From Raja brachyura (Eukaryota), in NCBI GenBank assembly GCA_963514005.1, contig OY740797.1, positions 43,524,001 to 43,588,000 of the forward strand: a stretch of 64,000 bases of DNA. Direction: 5' to 3'. The translations under genes were made by a program, and so were the position numbers. The notes beneath the pieces were generated by a model that saw only the letters and a program-made list of their open reading frames with translations, was not told the origin of the DNA and made no database searches. Below, one piece after another: positions 38,849 through 49,394 of this stretch. Each line of letters begins with the position of its first letter. Positions within the stretch are counted from its first letter, which is position 1.

Positions 38849-41102
38849 CCATGTAAGATAAGGCCGATGCAAATTAACACAGAGATTAGTGAAACACTGT
38901 TGAGCAGTCCTCCGTAGACGTGCAGTGTTCGTTTTTAATATTGGGACAAGAGGCTTTAAAATTAATGATGAATTGCAAATCAACTGAGCTTTGTCAGTGC
39001 AATTAGATGTGCTAACCAACAGCTCATCAAAAGAAGTGGGCAAACCTGATATTTGACAGGTAACGTGGTTTCATCCGGGGGATGGTGTATGCTGATTTTG
39101 GTTTTCAAATGTGGAATAACACCAAATCACAAGGATTTCTTCACGTGTCCCAGAAAACAGTGCCTTTTCTATGTTTTAATATTTGAATGTACACATTATC
39201 CATAGATTTAAAGCAGAGCTGACCGATCCACACGCTAAACACATAGAGGGAAGCCATTTATTACGTTACTTTGTACAAAATGTCTTGCAGATTTTCGGTT
39301 GATGCCAAGTAATAACTGAGTAGTATAAAATATGGCTCCAAAATCCATTACAGTCTCTATTTTTGTCTGAAGATGTTTATCAGATTTGCCTACTCTTACC
39401 AAATGCTTGACTTCTGCAGTTAAATTATGCACCGTTAATTAAATTACATTCATGTGCAAATATTTGGTGTTATTTATGTATGAAAATAAAAGTCAGGCTT
39501 CTCTTACATTGATGGAAGCTATCAATTTATCTGCATCATAAACTGGCCGCATTTTACCTACTTAATTGAGAATGTTCATCGTAAACCATTTTCTGATTAT
39601 TGAAAGATTTGTATTGTCAGGGCCTTTAGAGCGACAGGCACCCTTTCTCCTCCCCCAGTCCTCCATGCAATAGTTTCCGTCTGATAGCTTGTGTGGTTAA
39701 GACAGTTTGTATAATTGGGAGAGGCTAGTGGTATCCAACAATGAACTGAAGACCTCATTAGCAGAAACATGGCATAATTTATCAAGTGAATCTAATGATC
39801 CCGGAGCAGAGGCCGTTTCAAAAAGTTTTATTTTAAGGATGCATTGGCAGTCTAAAGCCTTGGCATCTTCCTGCGTTGGTTACTTGCTTATCAGCTGCAG
39901 CAAAAGAAAGCATTGATATATTTTTTTTAACATGTTCAGCTTTAAAATGGTACTGAGATGACTGATTTTTATTGCAGCTGCCCTGACAGAGCGTGCTCTC
40001 TCTTCTTCCCCTTCCACCCTCCTATTCCCCACTCCCCCCCCCCCCCGCCACCACTTCCCGTTGCAAAGTTGATAATGAAATGCTCAGTGATGTGATTAGA
40101 GCATTCATACCTACATTAATTTTGCCAAGTGCAGAGGTGCATCTGTAAGACGGATGAGATCCTGAGGTCCAGTTGCCTGATAGTTCCTGCAGACAGATGA
40201 CCCTGCTCTCCTGTTAATGAGGATGCTGGCTTGCCGCTTGCTTGTTTAATTGCTGTGCTGCACTGTATTCCAATACAGACCGCAGATTACGTTTTTCATG
40301 CAATTTATTAATAAGAAAAAAGGCTATTGCTCACCGGCGGAGGTCAGCTGTATGGTCTAGTGATCGTTAAAAGGTCATAATAAGCAAGGGATTTCAGCCA
40401 TGGCTGGAGAAAGGTTAGAAAGGGCAAAATGATGTTTACTTACATAAATAAGTCATTCTCCATTTGAGGGCAGAGCCGTTGGAAATAGATTTATGGGATA
40501 TATGGACCATTCTCCATAAATGGTGTGTGTTTCCACAATATTTTAGAATCATTCAACCCTGTACCTTACCCTGATACACTCTTGAATAAAAAATGCATTA
40601 TTTGTTGCTCCCTTATTAATTTAGAAACCTCGTTTTGACATTGAAATAACACCATCAAAACAGCAGAAAATACACTCGTGCAAATTGTGGTGTTTGCATG
40701 CCAGTCTGGGAAAGATTAATATAAGGGGCAAGGTATGACATTGGCTTTTAAGTTGTCTCTGGTTATTGCGCGCTTTTACTGTGGCACCTTATGACAGCAT
40801 TATGGAAAGGGCTTGCTCTACACTTAATCCTGTTCCTGCTTGATTATGTACGTTATATATCTTGTACAACAGCTGTGAAGGCAGCTCCTCGGAGTGGTGT
40901 GACGCTGATTCCTGCAGGTGAACTTCATGCACTGTGCTGCTGATTTCAGCTGGAGTGCTGACAGAGGGAGGGCTGTCAGGAATGGCACAATCCTGAACTG
41001 GCAACACCGCCAGTTTGTGAGACGGAAGTGCTGAGAAAAAGGGTGTGAAAAATACCAAAGGGAGGATTCAAATGAGACAAAAGTATTAAAAACAAATGCT
41101 TT

Positions 41103-41468
41103 TGAGTTTAGTTTATTGTCAGAGAGTTGAACATTTGCCGCATGCTAACCAGTCAGCAAAAAGACAATATGTATGGGAAGGAGCTGCAGATGCTGGTTTA
41201 CTTTGAAGATCGACACACAGTGCTTGAGTAACACAGCAGGACAGGTAGGATCTCTGGATAGGATTGGGCTGAAGAAGGGCCTCGACCCGAAACGTCACAC
41301 ACTCCTTCTATCCAGAGATGCTGCCTGTCCTGCTGAGTTACTCCAGCCTTTTGTGTCTATCTTCGGCAAAAAGATAATATATGATTACAATCAAACCATC
41401 TGCAATTTACAGACATTATAGAGCGAATAACCTGAATAACGTGTAGTGCAAGATAAACCCAGTAACGT
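41103..41468 (-). mobile_element. Rex1-like 3' UTR interrupted by a Penelope palindrome
   Basis: Similar to 45955-46110 (tgctaaccagtcagc..aaagacaata..atgattacaatc). Confidence 0.65.
41171..41365. mobile_element. Palindromic Penelope-end insertion
   Basis: 15-bp TSD GCAAAAAGAYAATAT (41156-41170, 41366-41380) inside a Rex1-like host; core CTGAAGA..GAAACGTC at 41269-41296. Confidence 0.82.
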
Positions 41469-41511
41469 CAGGTTATTCTTTCACAATTCCTCAGTTATTA
41501 GTGAAGAATTA

Positions 41512-41827
41512 TAGCCCTGTCCCACTGTACGAGTTCATTCAAGTGCTCTCCCGAGTTTAAAAAAAACAAACTTGTGGTAAGCACAGAGAATGAACGTAAC
41601 GGTACGTCGGAGCTCGGGGACGTCTCTGAGCCGCTCGTAACGCTAACGACAGGTGCTCGGGAAACGCGGTAAGCTCGGGAAGACTCGTGAAGATTTTTCA
41701 ACATGTTGAAAAATGTCCACGAGAGCCCCGAGTACCTGCGGGCGGCCATTACCATAAATCTCCGAGTTCGAATCGGGGCAAACTCAGGAGAACTCTTTGA
41801 ATTAACTCGTACAGTGGGACAGGGCTT
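41512..41827. mobile_element. MITE (non-autonomous DNA transposon), TGTCCCAC-TIR group
   Basis: TIR agccctgtcccactgtacgagtt / aactcgtacagtgggacagggct; CpG-rich interior. Confidence 0.85.
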
Positions 41828-44197
41828 TTAATTGCATTTTTGGTTCCGAGCAAAAAGCCAACGCTGTTTTAGGGTGTTGCAATGAAATTTTACATCTGTT
41901 TACAGCTGCTTCATCCATGTTTAACATTTTAACGATCATTTTGCCAGATCAGTGATCATAGATGCTGCTAATCGTGAAGAAAGTTGCTATGATGATCTAG
42001 CAATCGCCACGGTGTGGATTTCCCCCTTCTCCATCATTGTTTACTATCAGCCATCAGCTCAATGGGGCTGAGTGATCACATTAAAAGAATACTGGAAGTC
42101 AGAAAGAAACAGCATAATTTTAATTATTTTGCGGAGCCAAACTCAAAGGTTGGAAAACACAAATGCAATTAAGGCACAAGGTTGGGTCTCATAAATCACC
42201 TTATCTTAAATATATTTTTGTACTTTAAAATCCATTATATTTTGAAATGTTTATGCAGGAGAACTAAATCACATATCTCCAGCAAGTTTTTTTTTAGAGT
42301 AGGGAGTTTGCTGAGCTGCAATTAATCGAGAATATGTCTGTTTAAAACCTTGCGTTTGCCTCATGCAACAGAGCATAACAATTTCAGGGAATTTCCTGGA
42401 AAGACAGCTTTGGTGAATGCCTTACTAATTCGGCTGATCTGCCTTGATTCTGATAGAGAAGGCTACAAAGTAGCAAGGGCTGTAAGCTACTTGGAAATGT
42501 CCTTGTTAAACCGCAGGTCTGTGAAGCTCTCAAGGTCTTTATCTGTTTCATGGTAAAACATTTGCAGTAAAATCCAGGCCAAATTCTTCCTCAATTAATA
42601 ATCAGTATTGTATCTCTTATGCTGGAAATATGACTCATTGCCTTCCAAAAAGCAGTACGGGTGCTAGGATTCAAAGGGCATATTACTTGCATATTTGACG
42701 ACATATCAGAAGGGGTAACTTTGAATAATTGTTCAAAGAATAATATTTGATAAAGCTAAGGATTTTCCGCTTACACCCCTGTAGTAGGGATTTGTGGCCA
42801 GTGTTCTGTCACTGCACCAACAGTCTGGAAGTCTTGAATTTTTTTGAAACTCAATTAATTAAATTTGTAGTATTATATAAAGAAAATAACAATTCAAGCT
42901 GCCAGATTGTCAAAAGCGCCAGCAGATTTGCTGAGGTCCCTGAGGGAGGGAATTTCCACCCCTAACCAGTATTGCCTTTGTGTGGCTCATGTCTCTGAGA
43001 TGGGATGGAAAATTAATGTCTTCGGGGATACTAGAAATGGGAATTATTTACTGCCTTTCCAGGTTCCAGTTGCATCCCAGGAATACATTTTTTGTAATTA
43101 GTGGCACTTCTCTGGGGAAAGGTGAGCCAGCATGAGGTTCATCAGAGATGTCAATATTTCCATTACCATGTTTGCATACTGGATTTTGAAGCTTCAATCC
43201 ATAAAGAAACCGGACAACATGTGCCTTCCAGCTAGGCTGCAAAAGCAGTTCTTGTGCCTGCTTTTGTGTCTGATCAAGCGCACATTTTGAATAACTGTAC
43301 ATGCCAGAAATGCCCTGTAACAATACCGTTTGTGTGGTGTATAGATTGGTATGTTCCAAGGCAATAAAAGGGAGATCGCATTTGGCTGGAGTTTTGGTGG
43401 GACGGAAATGAGAAAGGAAGGCAGCCAATGTTCCTACTCTAAGTATCGTAAATTAAATATTTAATTACCACTTTCAAGCTTACACTTCATGGTGATACTT
43501 ATTCCCTGTCAGAAATGATTTTGGCATGCAGTCTCTTACTTTATACAACCATTTACTTGAGGAACGGGAGGGCATATGATACAATGGTTCACTGGTACTT
43601 TATTTTGACGTGTACGTTAAGTACAGCACCATTCTTCTTATGCCTAGTAGACCACACTGAGACAGTATGCAAGCTTTGCTATTTTTTAGGTACGAACCTG
43701 TATGCTCTGTCAATTTTTTTCTAGATGTTGGAGTCAACTTGGCCATAAAGGCCCATTGTCCTGGCAACGGTATCCTGGCCAGGCGATGTTGGCGGTGTCC
43801 TCTATCGCTGCTTTACCATTCTGTACCTCTGTGGGCCACATCACTTCCGTGCGCTCAACCTTGAGGAGCGCCCCCCCCCCCCCCCGATCTAATTGAGCCC
43901 CAGGCTGCTTCAGGGCCTCCAGCATCCCACTCTGTAAACTCTATAGACATCAGCCCACGAGTGCACCGTCCTTCGCATCCGGCCATTGCCCAGCCTCCGT
44001 GGTCCAGGGGTGCCATCCACAGCCGATGCAGAGCGGCACGGTAAGTCCCCAGTCGACTCAACGGCATCGTTCTCTTCCTCCACCTCCTGCCACTGCCATC
44101 TTGATGAGTCAAACAATGCTTGGAATAACCAGTGTTGTCCATATGGGGGCCAAATTCCGGAGTGTACAGCTCAATCTCCTTCCCTATCCTAGGTCAT

Positions 44198-44336
44198 CTT
44201 CTCCTTCTTGCATATGGCGTGCAGAGCCTAAAGTTGTAGGACAACTTGTTCTATTTGATCTTTTGTTTGTGCACGTCGGGTTGATTGCATTAGTCGAAAC
44301 AGGGTGGACCACGTGAAGTTTGCAATCTCCCACCCC
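44198..44336 (-). mobile_element. Short non-autonomous retroelement headed by an HDV-like ribozyme, copy 2
   Basis: Same family as 16969-17104; degenerate 12-bp TSD ATCCTAGGTCAT (44186-44197) / ATCGTTGGTCAT (44337-44348); minus-strand tail ...CAAGAAGGAGAAG. Confidence 0.82.
44283..44336 (-). ncRNA. HDV-like ribozyme, copy 2 (one P3 mismatch)
   Basis: GGGGUGG GA GAUUGCA AAC UUCACGU GGU CCACCCU G UUUCGA CUAA UGCAAUC; P1 pair 5 is U-A (U-G in copy 1); the middle P3 pair is broken (AAC/GGU). Confidence 0.7.
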
Positions 44337-44724
44337 ATCGTTGGTCATGAGAGATCCACTGTGATCTCCATACGCAAATTGCAGAAACATCACCTCAAAT
44401 TTAATTTGGGCAGTTTAAAACCAGTGGTATGTATGAGTATTGATTTCTCTAATTTCAAGTAACCTTTGCATTCCTTCTCTCTCCATCCCTCCCTCACCCC
44501 TGTCGCCTTGCTCGTTTAACTTTTTGTACCCGTTCGTTATCACCTCTTCCACTGCCAACAATCGACCATTGTGGGCTCCACCTTTCCTGAGTCAGCTTTG
44601 ATTTGTTCTGTACCTTTTCGGATCTCTAATTTCTCTCGCCCCTGACTATCAATCTGAAGAAGGGTCTCGACCCAAAAGTCACCTATTCCTATTCTCCAGA
44701 GATGCTGCCTGGCCCACTGAGTTA

Positions 44725-45386
44725 AGGCCCTGTCCCACTTACATGTCCTTGGCACACAAATTACGCGACCTCGTCGTCGCATTGAGGCGCACGTGCATAC
44801 CCCACTGAGAAACGCGGAGGGGTATGGAGTTGTGTGCGGTATCGCGTGGCGCTCTGAAACTTTCTAGCGAACGAAATCTTCGCTACAAGACCGGCCTGTC
44901 ACGTGACTGACGGCCAAGGTGGGACAGGCCCAAGACTCTGGCGCGACCCAACGTCTCACCACCAACAGCAGCAGAAGCAGGCAAATGATCGTCAAACTCA
45001 ACCTGGGGCTCACGGCCGTTGCGGTCCGGATCCGCCCCCACTTCTACTCCCAGAGCGGGGCCAAGAAAATTGAAGATAGACACAAAATGCTGGAGTAACT
45101 CAACGGGACCGGCAGCATCTCTGGAGAGAAGGAATGGATGACATTTCGGGTCAAATTTCTTTCAGACTGAAGAAGGGTCTCGACCCGAAACATCACCCAT
45201 TGCTTCTCTCCAGAGATGCTGCCGGTCCCACTGAGTTACTCCAGCATTTTGCGTCCATCTTCAAATGACGTCACATGCTCCAGGCGGTTGTGCGGAAGCA
45301 TGAAGTCGCGCGGGACCGTCGCGCCTCAACGCGACTACGTGGTCGCGTAATTAGAGTGCCAAGGACACGTAAGTGGGACAGGAATT
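44725..45386. mobile_element. MITE, TGTCCCAC-TIR group, with internal Penelope palindrome
   Basis: TIRs of about 65 bp (aggccctgtcccacttacatgtccttggcac.. / ..gtgccaaggacacgtaagtgggacagg). Confidence 0.85.
45070..45264. mobile_element. Penelope-end palindrome inside a MITE
   Basis: About 95-bp inverted arms centred on ttcagactgaag. Confidence 0.8.
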
Positions 45387-45942
45387 CACTGCAGCTTTTA
45401 GTGTCGATCTTTGGTGTAAACCAGCAACTGCAGTTCCTTCCTGCACATCTCTCACCACGTGTTGTTTTACCAGTGCAAAGCTTGGCAGGAAGGTATTGGC
45501 AGTGCCATTGTGGGGATGTAGATGCAGCATCTGAAGAACTGGTGATGAACCTTAACTTGTCAGAATATCTCAAACATCAGGGCCAGCTACCAACCAGAAC
45601 ATTTCAGCGAAGAAGGGGTCTATGGGCAGAGGAGTGCATGGAGTTGAAACTAATGAAGAGTGACTGGGTGAATGTCTGTTCCTTCCTTGGGTAGATCATA
45701 AAACCATTGCTTCCTGAGGTCTGTCACCATCTTTCCAATGACCCAGTAGGTGGGATGAGCAGAAAGGAATCCATTGATTACATTCAGAACCGTCCCCTAC
45801 TACATGTCCTCTACAACCACCCCACTCTAATCCTCTCAATTAATGTGACACACTATTGTCGTGGTAGGAAGTAGCACCATCAAAGGGTAAAATTCCCAGT
45901 CCAAGACATGGGGCTTTATCACCTGAATTTTCCCACGTCTAA

Positions 45943-46282
45943 TTTAGTCAGTTCAGTTAGTTTATTGTCACGTGTACCGAGGCACAGTGAAAGGCTTTCG
46001 TTGCGTGCTAACCAGTCAGCAGAAAGACAATACATGATTACAATCGATCCATTTATATTGTAGAGATGCATGATAAGGGAATAACATTTAGTGCGAGGTA
46101 AAGCCAGCAAAGTCCGGTCAAGGATTGTCCGAGGGTCACCAAAGAGGGAGATAGTAGTTCTACACTGCTCTCTGGTTATGGTAGGATGATTCAGTAGCCT
46201 GATAACAGTTGGGAAGAAACTGTCCCTGAACTGTCCCTGAACATCACTCCGGTAGTGTTTGTACCAGACCTCTGGCAGGATA
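45943..46282 (-). mobile_element. Rex1-like LINE 3' fragment
   Basis: ..FRDSFFPTVIRLLNHP.. followed by 3' UTR and (AACT)-type tail; related to 41105-41465. Confidence 0.7.
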
Positions 46283-46958
46283 ATGAAGGATAATCCTACA
46301 TGTTGCCCGAAAGAGCAAAATGGGAAGCAAAAAGCATCCAAAAGTGTTATCCAATCAAAAACCGTCAAACAAAACGCTATGAGTCTCTAAATTTAGTGCC
46401 TGGCAGATATATGCGTTCTCCAGAAAAAAATTCAATGAAAGATTAGCCGGAGTGGGGAAAAAAGGGATCCCTCACTATTATCATAGTAATATTTTATTTA
46501 AATGTGTTATGAAATAGAGCCTCAAATATAGGTCTGTGTATTATGTTCCAGGTTTACAAAGTTACAAATGTGTTGCCTCGCTGTTAGAATTAGATAAGGG
46601 CTAAATCTGGGCAGGAGAGATTGCGACTGACAAAGGGAATGAGAGAATTGATTTGTTCAATAGCATCATTAAGCACTTGGGTCATTAGGAGTATATTTAC
46701 TTATTTTACAACCTAATAGAGATGTTATATCGGAAACTGATAGCATTCAGAGGTTAGGTCGGAGCGCATTAGTTAAGAATGAGTATGCCGGGTAATATGT
46801 GCTCCTTCCTCACTTAATAATGACAGCACAAAAAATAAAATAGCTTTTTATTGTATTTTACACAAATAATAGTCCCGAATTATTGGTTTGGAACCTTGTT
46901 GAAGTAACATTCTACACGTCGATGCTTTCTTTCACCAGAAGAATGCTGCTGATTTCAG

Positions 46959-46980
46959 GAGAGAGAGAGAGAGAGAGAGA
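46959..46980 (+). repeat. (GA)n microsatellite
   Basis: Direct read. Confidence 0.9.
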
Positions 46981-48449
46981 ATTTCACTTCTTTGACCCAG
47001 GATATCAGGTTATGCAGTCTACTCATTTTTTTATGCAGTTCGGTAAATGAGGTAATGTTTCCCAGAAATGGAAAGCTGTAAATAGGAGATGAAAGTGATG
47101 GTTTCTCAATTACCAATTGAAATCGTGTAGTTGTATCCAATTTTATCAAGGCTGCAAATAGCCAATGCTCAGCAGACAGGTGGAGGTGTAACACTATGAT
47201 ACAGTGGGCAGCCCTCACCGTGCACTGCTTTCACTTCTCCAAAAGGAATAGAAAAATAAATTAGTCGCTGCAACATGTTACAAATATTTTCTCCTAAATT
47301 GACAAGGTGGTTAGGTTGCTGTGGTTAAGTTGCTGTGAGGTCAACCAGCACCAGAAGTCAACAGTTTAAACACAAAGACATGCAGATGCTAGAATCTTGC
47401 ATCGAACACAAACTGCTGGATAACTCAGTGGGTCAGGTCTGAAGGGCATGGATAGGTGACGTTTTGGGTCGGGACCCGTGTTCACAGTCTGATGAAGGGA
47501 CTTGACCCAAAGGTTTGTCTATCCATGTTCTCCAGAGATGCTGCCTGAGTTACTCCAACACTTTGTATTCGACCCATTGGATTCGGCCGGTGTGAGATGA
47601 TTATTATTAACCTCTGTAACATTGTCTGTGAGTGTCACAACAAAACATACAATGGTTAAAGTCTCTGATCTAACAAGAGCAGTTCTTCTATTTTAATCAC
47701 ACCAAACAGGCAATCTTTATCTACAGCACCACAGCTAAGTGTGGTTTATTCTCCTGTGAACTTGGCAATGTGTGTCAACAGAATTTTTGGCAGTGCATTC
47801 CATACGTAGTCTTTATTAGATGCCCACAGAATTGCAATGCTCTCAGAGGTGAGTAGATGCACATCAACCCTGGGATTTCTAAACATGAATGACCCAGAAA
47901 CCCAAAAGCCGAAATCTATTGAACTATCATGGGAGTTTAAATGACTTAGTTTAAAGCAGATTAAATCACCAAGACCAGTTCATTGGATGTTTCTTTTATT
48001 AACTCCCACCACCACCGCCAGCTGACTGTGCGTACTGTTTGCACCATATGTTTAGTGTCCTGCAGTTGGATGCTCAGATAGCAATGCCCAAAGTTGTAGC
48101 TTAACAACCGAGAAAGACCATGGCACTTAGCACAGCTGCAACGTCCTCTTCTCATCTTATTTTATCCCGATTTGTATATTTATTGCCATTCCTGTTGGAT
48201 TTGAATCCCTGAACATCCCTCAGGATAAGAGGTTCAAGAAGGCGGCTCTCCACCACCTTCACAAGGAGCAATTGGATAAATGGGCTTCCCAGCAAACCTG
48301 CAAAATTAATAAAATAGGATTGACCAAAGAGCCCTCTGATCTTCTATGTCTGAGCATCACAGCAAGAGCGGCAACAGTGGGAAGGTCATACATTTAACAG
48401 TTACAATGCCTGATGTTAACCTCATCATAGCGACTGAGCTGTAAAGTTA

Positions 48450-48738
48450 AGCCCCTGTCCCACTTTCCCGAGTTACCCACGAATTCTCCAGAGTTTTTCC
48501 CTTGATTCAAACTCGGGGAATGTCCGTAGCGAGCCCGTAGGTATTTCATAGCGGCTTGTAATGCCAGCCGTAGGTACTCGGGGCATCAGGTAAGTCGGGA
48601 TGTTTTTTCAGCATGTCGAAATATCTCAACGAGTAAAGAAAAATATCCCCGAGTACCTATGGCTGGCATCTCAGAGTTTGAATCAAGGGGAAAACTCGGG
48701 AGAATTCGTGAGTAACTTGGGAAAGTGGGACAGGGGCT
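48450..48738. mobile_element. MITE, TGTCCCAC-TIR group
   Basis: TIRs of about 65 bp agcccctgtcccactttcccgagtt.. / ..aacttgggaaagtgggacaggggct, TA on both sides. Confidence 0.88.
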
Positions 48739-49394
48739 TAAGTATGAGGTGTTGGAGACAGTCGAACTCCAGTTTGTTCCGTTAAATTTTCACATTTGAA
48801 AAGTTGTTCAAGGAGATTCTGGTTGAGACTCCTTGGCAAACTGCACACATGATTCGGAACCTTTGCATAATTCTCAAGATTACTTTTTCAGAAGATTACC
48901 TCAAACTACTATACAATAAAAAAGGGATAAAGCTGTAGGAATTACAGCAGAATCATGATATTAACTGCTTAATAATCTATTCAGTTCAGTAAGAATTTGC
49001 TGTATCGCCAATTCCAAGTGGTATTGCTACTGGTCTTTACTTTCACTGTTGATAGACACAAAATGTTGGAGTAACTCAGCGGGTCAGACAGCATCTCTGG
49101 AGTAGAGGAGTAGGTGACTTTTCTGGTCAAGACCCTTCTTTAGACTGAGAGTCGCTCACTAAGGCAAACTGGAAAGATATTTGTTCTGGGAGTGTGGTAA
49201 ATGCTATTACTGAAGTTTTTATTCATTTATTTCAGATAGAATTAATAAATAAAGCAGATGAACATAGTTAAAGAAGGGTCTCGACCCGAAACGGCGCCCA
49301 TTCCTTCTCCCCAGAGATCTTCCCTGTCCCGCTGAGTTACTCCAACATTTTGTGTCTATCGTTGGTTTAATCCAGCATCTGCAGTTTCTTCATG

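Larger units (their letters stand above)
44368..45446 (+). mobile_element. Penelope-like element 3' part (GIY-YIG C-terminus, pyrimidine-rich UTR, hammerhead-like core, tail), split by a MITE at 44725-45386
   Basis: 44373-44462 translates as RKLQKHHLKFNLGSLKP..(frameshift)..MSIDFSNFK*, resembling the PLE GIY-YIG end (RKLEEQHLIFRLGSLQPxGMNIDF); CTGAAGAagggtctcgaccc at 44654; tail resumes at 45387. Confidence 0.8.
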
